From an uncultured Gemmatimonadales bacterium (GTDB lineage Bacteria > Gemmatimonadota > Gemmatimonadetes > Longimicrobiales > Longimicrobiaceae), in contig OY970303.1 of assembly GCA_963716255.1 (NCBI GenBank), forward strand, positions 1,696,001 through 1,760,000: a stretch of 64,000 bases of DNA, written 5' to 3'. Numbering within the stretch: position 1 is the first letter of the stretch; each line of letters opens with the position of its first letter. The notes beneath the pieces were generated by a model, which had not been told where the DNA came from, did no database searches, and saw nothing but the letters and a program-made list of their open reading frames with translations. Position numbers and translations under genes: made by a program. Below are positions 30,779 through 39,549 of the stretch, in pieces.

Positions 30779-31266
30779 GCCTCACCCGGCTCGCTTGAGG
30801 CTCGCCACCCGGGTCCTTCATCCGGTTCACGCGAAGCGTGAAGCGCCATTCCGGGGGAGGCGGCAACTACGGGAGCATCAAAAGCCAAGCCCTTCCCCCG
30901 CAAGCAGGGGAAGGGCTTTTTTTCGTGCGTGGAGCGGATCAGGAGCTGCGTCCGCGAGGGCCCCCACCCGGCGGCCTGAGAGCCGCCACCCTCCCCCGTT
31001 CCGGGAGAGGGGAATCTCCACGCTGACGATCCTCGCCCTCCGATGTGTCGTGCTCCCCCTTTCCCCCGCTTGCGGGGGAGAGGGGGCCGGGGGGTGAGGG
31101 GGCCGGCACCCGCGGACGCCAGCACGAGCCCCGCGTGGGGGATTTCGGCCCGAAGGGGCGAGACCCGGCGGGGCTGTTTCCGCCGGGTCTCGACTCCGTT
31201 ACGCACGGTTTTATCGTGCGTTGCGGAGCCGAAGCCCGACCCCGGCGCCCGCCGGGGGCACGCCCC
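30779..31266. repeat. Composite repeat (B, C, D, E, tail, A reverse 31133-31266)
   Basis: Matches 54038-54300 and 57090-57507. Confidence 0.9.
30887..30923 (+). terminator. Intrinsic terminator
   Basis: AAGCCCTTCCCC-loop-GGGGAAGGGCTT followed by a T run. Confidence 0.7.
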
Positions 31267-31286
31267 AGCCCGCCGTCAAAGCCGTT

Positions 31287-32087
31287 TCAGCCCAGCCCCA
31301 GCACGTCCCGCATGGTGTAGACCCCGGCCGGCTTTCCCGCCATCCACCGCGCCGCGCGCAGGGCACCCTCCGCGAACAGCGCCCGGTCCTGCGCCAGGTG
31401 GACAAGCTCCAGCCGCTCCCGGTCGCCCAGGAACATCACGCGGTGCTCCCCCACCACGTCCCCGCCCCGCACCGCGTGGAAGCCGATCTCCCCCGCCGGG
31501 CGCGCCCCGGGCCGCCCGCTGCGCCCGTCGCACCGCACCGAGTCCAGCTCCATGCCGTGCCCGCGGGCCGCGGCGCGCCCCAGCTCCAGCGCCGTGCCGC
31601 TGGGCGCGTCCACCTTGCGGCGGTGGTGCGCCTCCACCACCTCCACGTCGTACGCCGGCCCCAGGACGCGCGCCGCCTGCTCAACCAGCGCGGCCAGCAG
31701 GTTGACGCCCACGCTGAAGTTGGCCGCCACCAGCACCGCCGCGGAGCGCGACAGCTCGTCCAGCAGCGCCTGCTCCGCGCCGCCCAGCCCGGTGGTGCCC
31801 ACCACCAGCGCCCGCCCCGCCAGCGCCCCGCCCTGCGCGCGCAGCAGCCGCGCCAGGAACTCCGGCGCCGAGAAGTCCACCACCACGTCCGCTCCCGCCA
31901 CCAGCCCCGCCGCGTCCTCGGGCGTCACCACCACCGGGCAGCCGATGTCGCAGGCGCGCTCCGCGTCGCCCTCGCGGTCCAGCCCCGCCACCACCTCCAC
32001 CCCGCTCCCCTCCGCCGCCAGCCCGGCGAGCGTGCGCCCCATGCGCCCGCTGGCGCCGCTCAGCACCACCCGCACCGGCTCCGCCAC
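31287..32087 (-). CDS. dapB: 4-hydroxy-tetrahydrodipicolinate reductase
   Basis: GASGRMG, VGTTG, ANFSVGVN and EAHHRRKVDAPSGTA motifs. Confidence 0.96.
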   Translation of the reverse strand: MAEPVRVVLSGASGRMGRTLAGLAAEGSGVEVVAGLDREGDAERACDIGCPVVVTPEDAAGLVAGADVVVDFSAPEFLARLLRAQGGALAGRALVVGTTGLGGAEQALLDELSRSAAVLVAANFSVGVNLLAALVEQAARVLGPAYDVEVVEAHHRRKVDAPSGTALELGRAAARGHGMELDSVRCDGRSGRPGARPAGEIGFHAVRGGDVVGEHRVMFLGDRERLELVHLAQDRALFAEGALRAARWMAGKPAGVYTMRDVLGLG

Positions 32088-32089
32088 GG

Positions 32090-32995
32090 CTACGCCCCCA
32101 CCGCAGAGGCGACGCCCAGCCCCAGCGCCAGCATCTCGCGCTCCAGCTCCCCGCGGACCTCCGCGGAAGCGGGCAGCAGGGGCAGGCGCACCTCGCCCGT
32201 GGCGAAGCCCAGCATGGACACCGCCATCTTCACCGGCACCGGGTTGGGCTCGCGGAAGAGCGCCGCGACCAGCGGGAGGAAGCGCAGCTGGATGCGCCGG
32301 GCCTCCTCCACTTCCCCCGCCAGGAACGCCTTCGCCATGCGCGAGGTGTCCGCCGGGGCCACGTTGGCGAGCACCGAGATCACGCCCTTTCCTCCCAGCG
32401 CCATCAGCGGCACCACCTGGTCGTCGTTGCCGCTGTAGATGGCCACCCGGTCGGCGAGGCGGCGCGCCAGCTCCGCCACCTGCGAGATGTCACCGCTGGC
32501 CTCCTTGACGCCCACCACGCGCGGGTCCTCCGCCAGCGTCTCCACCGTGGCCGGGAGGATGTTGCACGCCGTGCGGCCCGGCACGTTGTAGACGACCGTG
32601 GGGAGGTCCGCCTCGTCCATCACCCGCCGGTAGTGGGCGACGATCCCCTGCTGGGTGGGCTTGTTGTACGGCGGCGGCGACAGGAGGAGCCCGTCCGCCC
32701 CCGCCTCCCGGGCCGCCCGCCCCAGGCGCGCCACCGCCGCGGTGTCGCTCCCGCCGGCGCCCGCGATCACCGGGAGGCGCCCGCCCGCCTCGTCCACCAC
32801 CACCTCCAGGGCCCGGCGCTGCTCCTCCGCCGACATGGTGGTGGCCTCGCCGGTGCTGCCGTTGATCACCAGCGCGTCCGTGCCCTCGCGCAGGTGGAAG
32901 CGCACCAGCTCGCGGAGCACGCCCTCGTGGATGCCGTCCGCGGCGAAGGGCATGACCAGCGCCACGCCCGAGCCGACGAAGAGTGGAGTCTGCAC
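32090..32995 (-). CDS. dapA: 4-hydroxy-tetrahydrodipicolinate synthase
   Basis: GSTGE, YNKP, YNVPGRT, GVKEASG and EPNPVPVK motifs. Confidence 0.95.
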   Translation of the reverse strand: MQTPLFVGSGVALVMPFAADGIHEGVLRELVRFHLREGTDALVINGSTGEATTMSAEEQRRALEVVVDEAGGRLPVIAGAGGSDTAAVARLGRAAREAGADGLLLSPPPYNKPTQQGIVAHYRRVMDEADLPTVVYNVPGRTACNILPATVETLAEDPRVVGVKEASGDISQVAELARRLADRVAIYSGNDDQVVPLMALGGKGVISVLANVAPADTSRMAKAFLAGEVEEARRIQLRFLPLVAALFREPNPVPVKMAVSMLGFATGEVRLPLLPASAEVRGELEREMLALGLGVASAVGA

Positions 32996-32999
32996 CGTC

Positions 33000-33374
33000 C
33001 TAGAGGTTGTTGAGGTCCATCAGGTCCCCCGGGAGGGTGTCGCCCTCCGCGTCGTCGGGGTCCAGGTCGCGCTCGGTGGAGTCGCGGAAGTCGTCCGTGG
33101 CCTCGTCGCCCACGTTGTCCTGGAAGGCCCGGAACACGGTGCTCCCGCACTTCTCGCACGCCATCCCCGGTTCCGGGGCCTCGTCCTCGAAGAAGTAGCT
33201 CTTGCCGCAGGTCTCGCAGATCAGCGTCAGCACCGAGGACACGGGCTCGCGCCCGCCCGGCGCGTCCGGGTCGGCGGGGTTGTCCCGCGGCTGCCCGGTC
33301 GCGGCCCGGGCGCCCACGAGCGTGGTGTCGTCCGACGCCGCGGCCTCGGCCCCGTGCAGGTGTTCTTCGCGCAT
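33000..33374 (-). CDS. Small acidic protein with a CxxC...CxxC zinc ribbon
   Basis: ICETCGK...CEKCGSTVF. Its stop lies 4 nt before the dapA start. Confidence 0.65.
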   Translation of the reverse strand: MREEHLHGAEAAASDDTTLVGARAATGQPRDNPADPDAPGGREPVSSVLTLICETCGKSYFFEDEAPEPGMACEKCGSTVFRAFQDNVGDEATDDFRDSTERDLDPDDAEGDTLPGDLMDLNNL

Positions 33375-33502
33375 CCATGCCTCCCGGCTGTCCGTGTGGT
33401 CTCGTCCCGGCTCCGGCGCTTTTTGGTGCTGCCGCTCCGGAGGAACCCGGCGCCACCCAGCACATCCCATACCGGGTTCACGTTCAACAGCTTTTAGAAG
33501 CA

Positions 33503-33773
33503 GGTTCGGGCGTGCCCCCGGCGGGCGCCGGGGTCGGGCTTCGGCTCCGTAAGCCCGCAAACAACGCGGGCTAACGGAGTCGAGCCCCGCGAAACTGCCC
33601 GCGGGTCTCGCCCCTTCGGGCCGAAATCCCTCACGCGGGCTGAGCGCTGGCGTCCGCGGGAGGCCCCCTCCCCCGCAAGCGGGAGAGGGGGAGAGCTGCC
33701 TGCGCTGCGTGTAGTTGCCCCCTCTCCCAGAATGGGGAGAGGGTGGCGAGCCTCAAGCGAGCCGGGTGAGGGC
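33503..33773. repeat. Composite repeat (A forward, tail, hairpin, B reverse)
   Basis: Matches the other copies. Confidence 0.9.
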
Positions 33774-34742
33774 CTACCGCAGCCCGATCGCCAGCCGCAC
33801 GCGGTCCATCGTGGCCGTTGCGACCTCGCGGGCGCGGACGGCGCCGTCGCGGAGGACCTGGTCCACGTAGTCCGGGTTGCGCTCCAGCTCGGCGCGGCGG
33901 GCGCGCATGGGGCCGAAGTGGTCCATGATCGCCTCGAACAGGCGCTTCTTGAAGTCGCCGTAGCCCGTGCCGCCCGCGCGGAACTCGTCCTCCATGCGGC
34001 GCACCTCGTCCGGGCTCGCGAAGAGGCGGTAGAGCGCGAGGACGTTGGAGCCTTCCACGGGCTTGGGAGCCTCCAGCGGGGTGGAGTCGGTGACCACGGA
34101 CATCACGCTCTTCCGCAGCGCCTTCTCCTCGCCGAACATGTTGATGGTGTTGCCGTAGCTCTTGCTCATCTTCTGCCCGTCGGTGCCGGGGACCACCGCC
34201 ACCTCCTCGGCGATCTCCGGCTCCGGGAGCTTCACCGTCCCCTCCCCGAAGGCCTCGTTGATCTTGACGGCGAGGTCGCGGGCGATCTCCAGGTGCTGCT
34301 TCTGGTCGCGGCCCACGGGGACCACGTCGCCGTCGTACAGGAGGATGTCGGCGGCCATGAGCACCGGGTAGACGAAGAGCCCGGCGTTGGCGGCGATCCC
34401 CTTTGCCACCTTGTCCTTGTAGGCGTGGGCGCGCTCCAGCAGCCCCATGGGGGTCACGGTGCTCAGGATCCACATGAGCTCGGAGTGCTCCGGCACGTCG
34501 GACTGCTTGAAGAAGATGCTCCGCTCCGGGTCCAGCCCCGCGGCCAGGAAGTCCAGCGCGGCGCTGCGGGTGTTGGCGCGCAGGGCGGCCGGGTCCTGCA
34601 GGCTGGTGAGGGCGTGCAGGTCCACCAGGATGGCGAGCACCTGCCCGCGCTCCTGGTTGGCGATCAGCGGGCGCATGGCCCCGAAGTAGTTGCCGACGTG
34701 CAGCGTGCCGGACGGCTGGATGCCGGTGAGGATTCGAAGCAT
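33774..34742 (-). CDS. trpS: Tryptophan--tRNA ligase
   Basis: TGIQPSGTLHVGNY, YPVLMAADIL, VPVGRDQKQHLE and KMSKS motifs. Confidence 0.97.
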   Translation of the reverse strand: MLRILTGIQPSGTLHVGNYFGAMRPLIANQERGQVLAILVDLHALTSLQDPAALRANTRSAALDFLAAGLDPERSIFFKQSDVPEHSELMWILSTVTPMGLLERAHAYKDKVAKGIAANAGLFVYPVLMAADILLYDGDVVPVGRDQKQHLEIARDLAVKINEAFGEGTVKLPEPEIAEEVAVVPGTDGQKMSKSYGNTINMFGEEKALRKSVMSVVTDSTPLEAPKPVEGSNVLALYRLFASPDEVRRMEDEFRAGGTGYGDFKKRLFEAIMDHFGPMRARRAELERNPDYVDQVLRDGAVRAREVATATMDRVRLAIGLR

Positions 34743-34859
34743 GCTCTGGGTCCCGTATCGCAGGAGGGCGGCGGCCCTCTCGTTCGCCTGGAATGGAAGC
34801 GGTAAGTTAGCGCTGCCGCGAGACGCGGAGCAAGCGAACGCCAGCCCCGAGCCACACCC

Positions 34860-35804
34860 ATGACCGAGCCCACGCCCGACCCGCTGCACGGCCTGCGCGC
34901 CGCCCCCGACCCGCGCGACCCCCGGGCCCCGTCGCTGCTCCGCCCCGCCGGCCCCGGCGCGCCGCTGGACGGCGCCCGCGTGGTGCTGGGGCTTCCCTAC
35001 GACGGCGGGATCCCGTCGCGCCCGGGCGCGCGCTTCGGCCCGCGCGCCATCCGCGAGGCGCTCGCCTCCTTCGGCACGTACGACGGCGCGCGCGAGGTGC
35101 CGCCCGCCGCCGACCTGGGCGACCTGGCTCTCCCCTCCATGAACGGCGCCGCCGCGCACGCACGCATCGAGGAGGCCGCGCGGCGGGTCTTCGCCGCGGG
35201 CGCGCGCCCCGTGTTCCTGGGCGGCGACCACGGCTGCACCGGCTCGCTGATCCGCGGCCTGGCCGCCGCGCGTCCGCACGCCACCCTGGCGCTGGTGACG
35301 CTGGACGCGCACCTGGACGTGCGCGAGTACGACGACGAGGCTTCGCTCAGCAGCGGCACGCCGTTCCGCCGCGCCCTGGAAACGCCCATCCTGGCCGGCG
35401 CGCGCGTGTCCATGATCGGCATCCGCCCCTTCGCCAACTCGCGCCACTACCTGGACTGGGCCGCCGCGCAGGGGATCCGCCTGGTCACCGTGGACGAGGT
35501 GGAGTCCCGGGGCGCGGCGGAATCCGCCCGCGCCGCCCTGGACGCCGCCGCCGCCGGCGCGGACGCCCTCTACCTGAGCATCGACATGGACGCGGCCGAC
35601 GCGGCCTTCGCTCCCGGCGTGAGCGCCGCCGGCATCGGCGGCCTGTCCGCCCGCGAGATGATCGCGCTGGTGAGGACCGTCGCCGCCGACCCGCGCCTGG
35701 TGGGCGCCGACATCATGGAAACCTCGCCCCCCCACGACGCGGACGGCCGCACGGCGAAGCTGGCCGCGCGGCTGCTGCTGGAACTGCTAGGGAACAGGGA
35801 ATAG
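34860..35804 (+). CDS. Arginase/ureohydrolase family protein (formimidoylglutamase- or agmatinase-like)
   Basis: RPGARFGP, GGDH, DAHLD, SSGTPF and SIDMD metal-binding motifs. Confidence 0.88.
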   Translation: MTEPTPDPLHGLRAAPDPRDPRAPSLLRPAGPGAPLDGARVVLGLPYDGGIPSRPGARFGPRAIREALASFGTYDGAREVPPAADLGDLALPSMNGAAAHARIEEAARRVFAAGARPVFLGGDHGCTGSLIRGLAAARPHATLALVTLDAHLDVREYDDEASLSSGTPFRRALETPILAGARVSMIGIRPFANSRHYLDWAAAQGIRLVTVDEVESRGAAESARAALDAAAAGADALYLSIDMDAADAAFAPGVSAAGIGGLSAREMIALVRTVAADPRLVGADIMETSPPHDADGRTAKLAARLLLELLGNRE

Positions 35805-35878
35805 GGAACAGAGAACGGGAACAGCCTGCGACGGCAACGGCGCCGCACCGCGAGAGCTCGGTGCAGGCGCCGTTCGCA

Positions 35879-36033
35879 GTTCCGCAGTACCCCCATGATC
35901 CGTTGCGGAGGGAGACAGCCGGGCAGTTTCGGCTGGCTCCCTCCGGCGGAGGGAAACCCGCCGCAGTTTGGCGGGGTTCCCGGAGCCCGCGTAGGAAACA
36001 GGCCGGCTGTTTGGCCTGGTTCCGGAGCGGCCC
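35879..36033. repeat. Module F: triple-hairpin repeat
   Basis: Homologous to 49215-49373 and 54313-54484. Confidence 0.85.
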
Positions 36034-36058
36034 CACCGACAGCCCCGACGCAGCACGC

Positions 36059-36099
36059 AAAAAACCTCGCCCCCGGCGCCAGGACGGCACCGGGGGCGA
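36059..36099 (-). terminator. Intrinsic terminator after the OmpA-family gene
   Basis: TCGCCCCCGG...CCGGGGGCGA then GGTTTTTT on the minus strand. Confidence 0.75.
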
Positions 36100-36132
36100 A
36101 TTCATCCGGACTGCTTGCGGATCTGCCAGCCC

Positions 36133-36819
36133 TTACGGGTTGCGGCTCTCGCGCAGGATCTGCTCGCGGTACTGCTCGCTGGCGAAGATCGCCACCTCCA
36201 CGCGCCGGTTCTGCGCCCGCCCGGACTCGGTGCCGTTGCTCGCGATGGGCTCGGTCTCGCCGCGGCCCGCGGTGCGGATGCGGCCCGAGGACACGCCGCG
36301 CTGGATCAGGTAGTTGGCCGCCGACGAGGCGCGCCGCTGCGACAGGTCCTGGTTATAGGGGTCGCTGCCGACGTTGTCGGTGTGGCCCACCACCAGCACC
36401 TCGCTCCCCGGGTTGCGCTGGAGGATGTCCGCCAGCTTCTGCAGGTTGGTGCGGCCGGCCGGGTACAGGTCGGTGGAGTTGAAGGGGAAGAGGATCCCCG
36501 ACTCGAAGGTCACCGCGATCCCCTCGCCGATGCGCTCCACCGTGGCGCCGTCCACGTTCTCCTCGATCTCCTCGGCCTGCCGGTCCATCTGGCGCCCGAT
36601 CACGGCGCCCGCCGCCCCGCCGAGCACCGCGCCCAGGATGGCGCCGCGGGCCGTGGAGCCTGTGTTCTTCCCGATCACCGCGCCGACCGCCGCACCCGTC
36701 CCGGCGCCTACCACGGCCCCGCGCTCGGTGGTGTTCAGCGACGCGCACCCGGACAGGCCGGTGGTGCCGAGAGTGGTCACGGCGACGAGCGCCGTCAGTG
36801 AGCGTGCGTACTTCGTCAT
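36133..36819 (-). CDS. OmpA family lipoprotein with glycine zipper
   Basis: Lipobox LSGC, Gly-zipper, GHTD, LSQRRA and AQNRRVE motifs. Confidence 0.93.
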   Translation of the reverse strand: MTKYARSLTALVAVTTLGTTGLSGCASLNTTERGAVVGAGTGAAVGAVIGKNTGSTARGAILGAVLGGAAGAVIGRQMDRQAEEIEENVDGATVERIGEGIAVTFESGILFPFNSTDLYPAGRTNLQKLADILQRNPGSEVLVVGHTDNVGSDPYNQDLSQRRASSAANYLIQRGVSSGRIRTAGRGETEPIASNGTESGRAQNRRVEVAIFASEQYREQILRESRNP

Positions 36820-37250
36820 AGGCCAATTCCCTCCCCTGGATGTGGGACCTCACCGCAACCGTACCGACGCGTTAAGCTTGCGGGTCGGCCCCCTCGTTTG
36901 CAAGGGCGATGCCCGGCAGCGCTCCGGGGCGCCCCGCCTCCGGCGGCAGCCGGCATGGCCGGCATGCGGACGGGCGGCGGAAACCCGCGCGACGCGTGGC
37001 TTTCCGGCGACTCTTCCGGTCTCGGAAGTCCGGTCAACTCCCTGCCAAGCAACGTGTTCTACGGCCGGCACCGCCCGTCTCGACCCGTCCACTCGGGGGG
37101 ACACAGCATGCCGCGCTGGGCGACGGTGGGGAGCCGCGGGGACCGCGGAGGACCGGAATGCAACCACATACTTCGCGACAGTATTGGCACTATACATGCG
37201 TTCCGGGAAGTCATCCACACCGCCCCGCCCACCCGTCCAGCGAGGTCCGC

Positions 37251-38069
37251 ATGCAGCCTGGCTCCGCCGCCGCGAGCGACCGCTCGTCCGTGCACCTTTT
37301 CGCCGCCCGTCCCGCCGTGGAATGCACCACGCGCCACACGCACGACGACTTCCAGGTCGCCTGGGCCGAATCCGGTTCGGGGCAGGTGTTCTGCCGCGGG
37401 CGGAGCCACGCCGCGACCGCCGGCACGCTGGTGGTGATTCCCCCGGGCGAGATGCACTACGGGCACTCGGTGGGCTCTTCGGGGTGGAGGTACGCGCTGG
37501 TGGGGCTGGAGCCCGCGCTGCTGGGGACGGCGGCCGCGGAGCTGGGGGACGGGGCCGCGTCCGTTCCCGACTTCGACTGGGTGGCGCGCACGGACCCGGA
37601 GCTGGCGGGGCGGTTCGCCCGCTGGGTGCGCAGCCCCCAGGAGGAGGCGCTGGAGCGGGACACCTGCCTGGTGCAGGCGGTGGCGGCACTGCTCGCGCGC
37701 GGCGCCGCCGGCCTGCGGCTGTCCGCGGTCCGGCGCGACCGGCGAGTGGTCGCGCGCGCGCTGGAGTACCTGGAGGAGCACTACGCCCGCAGCGTCCCCC
37801 TGGACGAACTGGCGCGGGAGAGCGGCCTGGGCAAGTTCCACCTGGTGCGCGCCTTCAAGCACGAGGTGGGGCTCCCTCCCCACGCCTACCAGACACGCCT
37901 GCGGGTCGCCCGCGCCATGGAGCTGCTGCGCCGCGGGTGGAGCATCTCCCACGCTGCATACTCGGTGGGGTTCGCGGCGCAGAGCCACCTCCACCGCCAC
38001 TTCAAGCGGATCCTGGGTGTGACGCCCGGGGAGTACGCGGGGCGCGGCAGGAAGGCCGCCAGCCACTGA
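37251..38069 (+). CDS. AraC family transcriptional regulator
   Basis: RHTHDDF and IPPGEMH cupin, plus FHLVRAFKHEVGLPPHAY and GFAAQSHLHRHFK HTH. Start is approximate. Confidence 0.9.
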   Translation: MQPGSAAASDRSSVHLFAARPAVECTTRHTHDDFQVAWAESGSGQVFCRGRSHAATAGTLVVIPPGEMHYGHSVGSSGWRYALVGLEPALLGTAAAELGDGAASVPDFDWVARTDPELAGRFARWVRSPQEEALERDTCLVQAVAALLARGAAGLRLSAVRRDRRVVARALEYLEEHYARSVPLDELARESGLGKFHLVRAFKHEVGLPPHAYQTRLRVARAMELLRRGWSISHAAYSVGFAAQSHLHRHFKRILGVTPGEYAGRGRKAASH

Positions 38070-38302
38070 CGCCCGGCGTCGCGGGGGCGGCGGAGGCGCC
38101 CGGAGCTCTCGGCTCCGGGCGCCTCCGCTCGTTTTCGCCCGCCGCCCGGACCCGCGAGCAAGAACGTTGAACAAGAACATGGAAGAAAGGAGCGCGCCCT
38201 CGGCCTATCCTTGGACGCACGGGCCCGCCGGACGGCGGGTCCACGTCCGGGAGGCTCCCCGCCGACCGTGGCACGCTCACCCTTCGTGACGGAGGATTCG
38301 CC

Positions 38303-39481
38303 ATGCGCTACGTGCGTTCTCTCACCGTGCTCGCCGCCTTCGCGGCGCTCGCCGCCTGCCGGGACGACGGCGCCGTTGCCCCGGCGCCCGCGCCGGACGA
38401 CGCCGGGGCCCGCGCGGACGCCGGGTTCACGGACCCGCGCAAGGGCCCGGTCCTCACCGGGTACGTGGCGGACCGGGACGGCCGCGGCACGACGGCCGTC
38501 CGCTACCAGGTGGTGGGTGGGGTGGCGGTGTGGGACGGCGACGTGCCGCTGGGCCCGGCGGACCACATCGCGCGGACGCCGGAGGAAGCGCTGCGCCGCC
38601 GCGGCGGGCTCCCCGCGCCCTCGCTGTCGCTGCACTCCACGGGGTCGGCCGCCTGGTCCGGCGGGACGATCCCCTACGTGGTGGAGGGAACGGCGCCCGC
38701 CAACCTGGGCCCGGCGATGAGCCAGATCACCAGCCAGGTGCCCGGCGTGAAGTTCGTAGCGCGCACGACCCAGGGCACGTACCTGCGCATCTACAACCAC
38801 GGCGCGGTGGGCTATCACCAGTACTACGGCGGCTCGTCGGTGCGCAGCCTGGGGCTGGACTACTCGCTCGGCAACAGCAAGGCCATCCTGATGCACGAGC
38901 TGGGGCACGTTCTGGGCTTTCAGCACGAGCACCAGCGCTCTGACCGCGGCAGCTACATCAAGATCATCGACACCAACCCGTACCCGAGCGAGTTCAACAC
39001 CCTCGCCTCGGTCAAGGTGGGCACGTACGACAAGAGCTCCATCATGCACTACAACTCGCGCGAGTTCGGCCGGCTGCACTTCACCGACCTGAGCGGGGCC
39101 GAGGTGCAGGGCTACTGGGGCCGCACCACGATCTCCGCGGGCGACGTGAGCTCGTGGAAGTCGCTGTACCCCGGCACGGGCGGCGGGACCCCGAATCCGA
39201 CGGTGCCGTACACCATCAACGGGAATGCGCCGTTCGACCCGCCGTTCAACCTGCGCAACGGGCCGGGGACCAGCGGCACCACGGTGGTGGGCACCATCGG
39301 AGGCAACGTGTCGGTGACCATCCAGTGCACGGCGCTGAGCACCAGCGTGGAGGGGCCGTACGGGTGGACCAACGTGTGGGACAGGATCTCGTACAACGGC
39401 GGGACGTACTGGATCACGGACGCGTACGTCTACACGGGCATGGCGGGGCGGTACAAGCCGGCGTGCAGCGGCTACTCCTGA
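38303..39481 (+). CDS. Astacin-like (M12A) zinc metallopeptidase lipoprotein with a C-terminal SH3-like domain
   Basis: Lipobox LAAC, HELGHVLGFQHEHQRSDR, Met-turn SIMHY, C-terminal NLRNGPGT...W...WITDAYV. Confidence 0.85.
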   Translation: MRYVRSLTVLAAFAALAACRDDGAVAPAPAPDDAGARADAGFTDPRKGPVLTGYVADRDGRGTTAVRYQVVGGVAVWDGDVPLGPADHIARTPEEALRRRGGLPAPSLSLHSTGSAAWSGGTIPYVVEGTAPANLGPAMSQITSQVPGVKFVARTTQGTYLRIYNHGAVGYHQYYGGSSVRSLGLDYSLGNSKAILMHELGHVLGFQHEHQRSDRGSYIKIIDTNPYPSEFNTLASVKVGTYDKSSIMHYNSREFGRLHFTDLSGAEVQGYWGRTTISAGDVSSWKSLYPGTGGGTPNPTVPYTINGNAPFDPPFNLRNGPGTSGTTVVGTIGGNVSVTIQCTALSTSVEGPYGWTNVWDRISYNGGTYWITDAYVYTGMAGRYKPACSGYS

Positions 39482-39549
39482 GCCGGTGAGCGGCGGGGCC
39501 CCGGGAGCGTCGCGGGCCCCGCTCATGCCGTCCGCCGTTGGCACGACGC

